Source of the DNA: Spirochaetota bacterium
Lineage (GTDB): Bacteria; Spirochaetota; UBA4802; UBA5550
Length of the DNA stretch: 64,000 nucleotides
Direction of reading: 5' to 3'
Assembly (NCBI GenBank): GCA_963664815.2
Contig: CAXXHB010000003.1
Location: 3,296,001 to 3,360,000, forward strand
Shown here: piece after piece, positions 61,394-64,000 of the stretch
Layout of the letters: every line of letters starts with the position of its first letter
Numbering within the stretch: the first letter of the stretch is position 1
Translations under genes and position numbers: made by a program
Notes under the pieces: generated by a model
Database searches by the model: none
Seen by the model: the letters and a program-made list of their open reading frames with translations, nothing else
Told to the model about the DNA's origin: nothing

Positions 61394-61940
61394 AGGTCAT
61401 CATAAAATAATTATCATTAAAAATGCAATAAAAAACAGATATACGATATTATCGTAAAAATATAACGCCGGATGCATATTTATCATAATTTTATGTTTGC
61501 CGGATATAGATTTATTATGGATTTCAAAGAGTATTTCAAGCCAGAAAGGAATTCATTCCGGAAAAACAGCAGTGTTTTCATTGGGTCTGACCTATACAAT
61601 ATTCACTTTTATGTTTCTGATTTTTCAGATTTATTCAGCTCCAGGAAATCGATCTGACTTATAAAACATCCTTCAATCCCGGGGAAAGACCCCGTCTGAC
61701 TGCCGTTGTCAACTACGCATTTTACGCCTTCAATTTCATACCGCAGTTTTTCCTGTTAAGCACAATACTTTTCTTCCTGCGGTCAGCGCTGTTGACACAT
61801 CAAATCAGTCATATTACGATCTTGATAAATTTGATGAGGTTTAACGCTCTTTCCTTGAAAGAAGAGAAAATAAAAAATTTATTGACAGGTCTGTTTTTTA
61901 TATCATTGAATTAATAAAATTATTTATAAGGGTGTTTTTT

Positions 61941-62288
61941 ATGAAAAAAATTCTCATATTACTGATGCTGATAACGGTCTCATCTGCTGTTTTTGCCGAC
62001 AGTAAAACGATACAATTTGTAAAAACCTCATCGCGGCTTCAAGGCGGTTTCTATACTATTATAGACCTGAAGCTGGAAGTGATTTGCGGTGACTATGGAG
62101 TTAATAGTATAAAGGTACTTGGATACAGGAACAATAAGTCCTGGTCATCCGGAAATGTTTATACCCCATGTAACGAAGGTGATTGTCAGGTATCTCCTGA
62201 AGAGGAAGAAAAAGCGGGAGGCGGCGGTACTGTAAGGGGTTATTCAATATACTGGGCCGGCCAGAAACTGTATTTTAAGTTGAACTGA
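61941..62288 (+). CDS. Small exported hypothetical protein
   Basis: Signal peptide MKKILILLMLITVSSAVFA; three Cys; ATG 61941. Confidence 0.65.
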   Translation: MKKILILLMLITVSSAVFADSKTIQFVKTSSRLQGGFYTIIDLKLEVICGDYGVNSIKVLGYRNNKSWSSGNVYTPCNEGDCQVSPEEEEKAGGGGTVRGYSIYWAGQKLYFKLN

Positions 62289-62420
62289 GATCCGGATTTC
62301 ATAACAGGCGAGAATTATATGTCCCGTGGTTTGTCAGCGGGACACAACAATAAGAATAAACTCCGGAGGTCTGCAGTAATAATCTCTGATGTTTAACGAA
62401 GTTTACTGTAAAGATAATAA

Positions 62421-62480
62421 AAAACTGATCCGGTTTTTATTGACGAAATCGGCCCGATTGAACTTGAAGGTAAAGGGCGT
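62421..62480 (+). pseudogene. Fragment of a THEP1/DUF2478-like nucleoside triphosphatase
   Basis: Frame reads KTDPVFIDEIGPIELEGKG (Walker B region, IDEIGxxE), preceded by a stop codon; no start. Confidence 0.45.
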
Positions 62481-62613
62481 CAAGCTGCACAGTCTCCTTC
62501 CCCTTCTCAATATCGAATACAACAATCTTGCCGACTCCTGCAAGCTGTGCCAGACCCTTCTGCTTTAAGCCGCTTTTTTTTCTGTGAAACAGAACCATTT
62601 CACCTATTTCCAT
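62437..62613 (-). pseudogene. Truncated HipB/y4mF-like XRE helix-turn-helix protein
   Basis: Manual translation MEIGEMVLFHRKKSGLKQKGLAQLAGVGKIVVFDIEKGKETVQLDAL, then unrelated sequence; no hipA downstream. Confidence 0.65.
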
Positions 62614-62663
62614 TGTTGTTATAAATTACTGCTATAGCAGTAAATATTAATCTCCGGTAACTC

Positions 62664-62873
62664 TTGCTGATATTTTTATTGAAAAATTCCGGAAAATATA
62701 GGGAGATATATCTGAAAGATTATAAAGACGCTTCTTGTACGGTCAGGGAAATCGGCTCATATATAATGAAATACAGCGAGAAAAGACCTCATAGTTATCC
62801 TGATGGTAAAACACCGGAAAAGATATATAATGAGAGTATTTTGGTTCAAAAAAGAAATTGTAAAAACACATAA
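62664..62873 (+). mobile_element. IS3-family transposase C-terminal remnant
   Basis: KYREIYLKDY...IGSYIMKYSEKRPHSYPDGKTPEKIY matches the IS3 rve C-terminal motif (KYE.VYL..Y...Y...YN..RPH.SL...TP..VY); degenerate. Confidence 0.7.
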
Positions 62874-63222
62874 AAAACCTAGATTGATTGAATTTCCGGT
62901 CTGATAACAGGATCCGCTTAATCTTTGGAATATTGTTGATAAACAAAAGGAGATATTCCGGTGAAAAATAATTTATTTATAAAAGTGATCATAATACAAT
63001 CCGTAATATTGTGAATCGCATGATGAAAGGATCAGCATGATTTAGCAAAATTAAAATTATCACATCTCAGATATCACCCGGCTCCCTTTTATTTAAATGA
63101 TGGAGCTGCCCTCTGTCGGGTGTGGAGGTTTTGATTTTCAGATAAACAATATTTACCAAAAAATCTAAGCCAATTGTCACTTTCGATAATTTCTTATTAA
63201 TTCTATATTCAACAATAAAATT

Positions 63223-63468
63223 TTAAAGAATTTGTTGAAATATTTTTTCTTTAACCGTTTCAATCGAAAAATCTGTATAATAATGTCCATTTTTTGTTTT
63301 TTCCAGATATATAAATTTTGTATCACAATCTACCCGCATTATTTCTGTCCTTGATTCATGTTTAAACCTATGATTGATAATTGTTATTTTATCTTTACCC
63401 AAAACATCAGTATCTGAATCTATCATATTTCTTAGAGCATCTGCATAATTCTTGTCAATTTCCATCAT
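63223..63468 (-). CDS. Hypothetical protein
   Basis: 81 aa ORF with AAGGGAG RBS. Confidence 0.55.
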   Translation of the reverse strand: MMEIDKNYADALRNMIDSDTDVLGKDKITIINHRFKHESRTEIMRVDCDTKFIYLEKTKNGHYYTDFSIETVKEKIFQQIL

Positions 63469-63566
63469 TGAGAACTCCCTTTATATTTATAATATTGTTT
63501 CTATAAATGCCATTATATACCCGGATTCAGTTTTTTCAAGTACCTGAACCCGGGTATGTTTAAATA

Positions 63567-63725
63567 TTATGATCTTGTTTTTTCATTAACTACAGTGCCG
63601 CATCTTGAGCATGTGTATGTATGACAGCTGTTGCAGGTTGTATAACCGCATTTTTTGCACCTGTAAACAAACTGTGTACTTGTGTTGAATTCTTTACCGC
63701 ATGAATCACAATATGCTTTTGCCAT
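63567..63725 (-). CDS. 52-aa small protein with four CxxC motifs (double zinc ribbon)
   Basis: Not in the ORF track. MAKAYCDSCGKEFNTSTQFVYRCKKCGYTTCNSCHTYTCSRCGTVVNEKTRS; AAGGAG RBS; followed by a hairpin at 63517-63557. Confidence 0.8.
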   Translation of the reverse strand: MAKAYCDSCGKEFNTSTQFVYRCKKCGYTTCNSCHTYTCSRCGTVVNEKTRS

Positions 63726-64000
63726 AATATTCAGTTCTCCTTGTGTGTTAGTTGTTATTAAGTCTTAACGTGATCAGACAGCTTTACCTCCTTATGCAAG
63801 TAAAGAGCGCGGAAGTGAGGATTAATATCGGGATTTTAAATTTTTTTATCAGAAGTGAAAATTTTTTGAGAAAATTACAACGACTAGGTGTCGTGATTCT
63901 GAAAATGTTATATTATCTAATAGTGACTTTAAATTTAATTTACGAGGTGCTGATGAGCCAACAGTTTAAAACTCTAATGAATTATCAAAACGAAATGGAA

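Noticed and set aside
61707-61797. GTCAACTAC...GTTGAC as a HEARO/omega RNA of IscB
   Set aside because: Similarity stops after 9 nt and no IscB/TnpB ORF is nearby.

Overview
AT-rich bacterial chromosome segment, most plausibly from a flagellated, diderm, anaerobic or microaerobic spirochaete distantly related to Leptospira (inference from the FlgF/FlhO-type rod protein, the MAF/DUF115 protein, a membrane-anchored AraC regulator, small conserved hypotheticals, outer-membrane phospholipases and an ORP-like Fe-S cluster). About 1-17 kb is core envelope and motility material: a partial NCS2 permease, MAF, a PBP, signal peptidase I, a lytic transglycosylase, tatA-murA-flgF and an acyl ligase-ACP-acyltransferase fusion. 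About 18-52 kb is accessory metabolism and signalling: amidase/AraC, four further acyl-CoA ligases, a MaoC pair, two-component proteins, a DHH phosphoesterase, a sigma54 activator, two OMPLA paralogs, CapA, an M15 peptidase and uppP. 52.9-61.4 kb is a sigma54-controlled orange-protein-like (orp) Fe-S/NifX cluster that carries an extra radical SAM gene, with a readable -24/-12 promoter and palindromic enhancers. 62.3-64 kb is a decayed mosaic (NTPase fragment, HipB-like fragment, IS3 remnant) next to a 52-aa 4xCxxC zinc-finger gene missing from the ORF track. I found no rRNA, tRNA or CRISPR array. All protein calls come from motif recognition by eye; no database searches were run.
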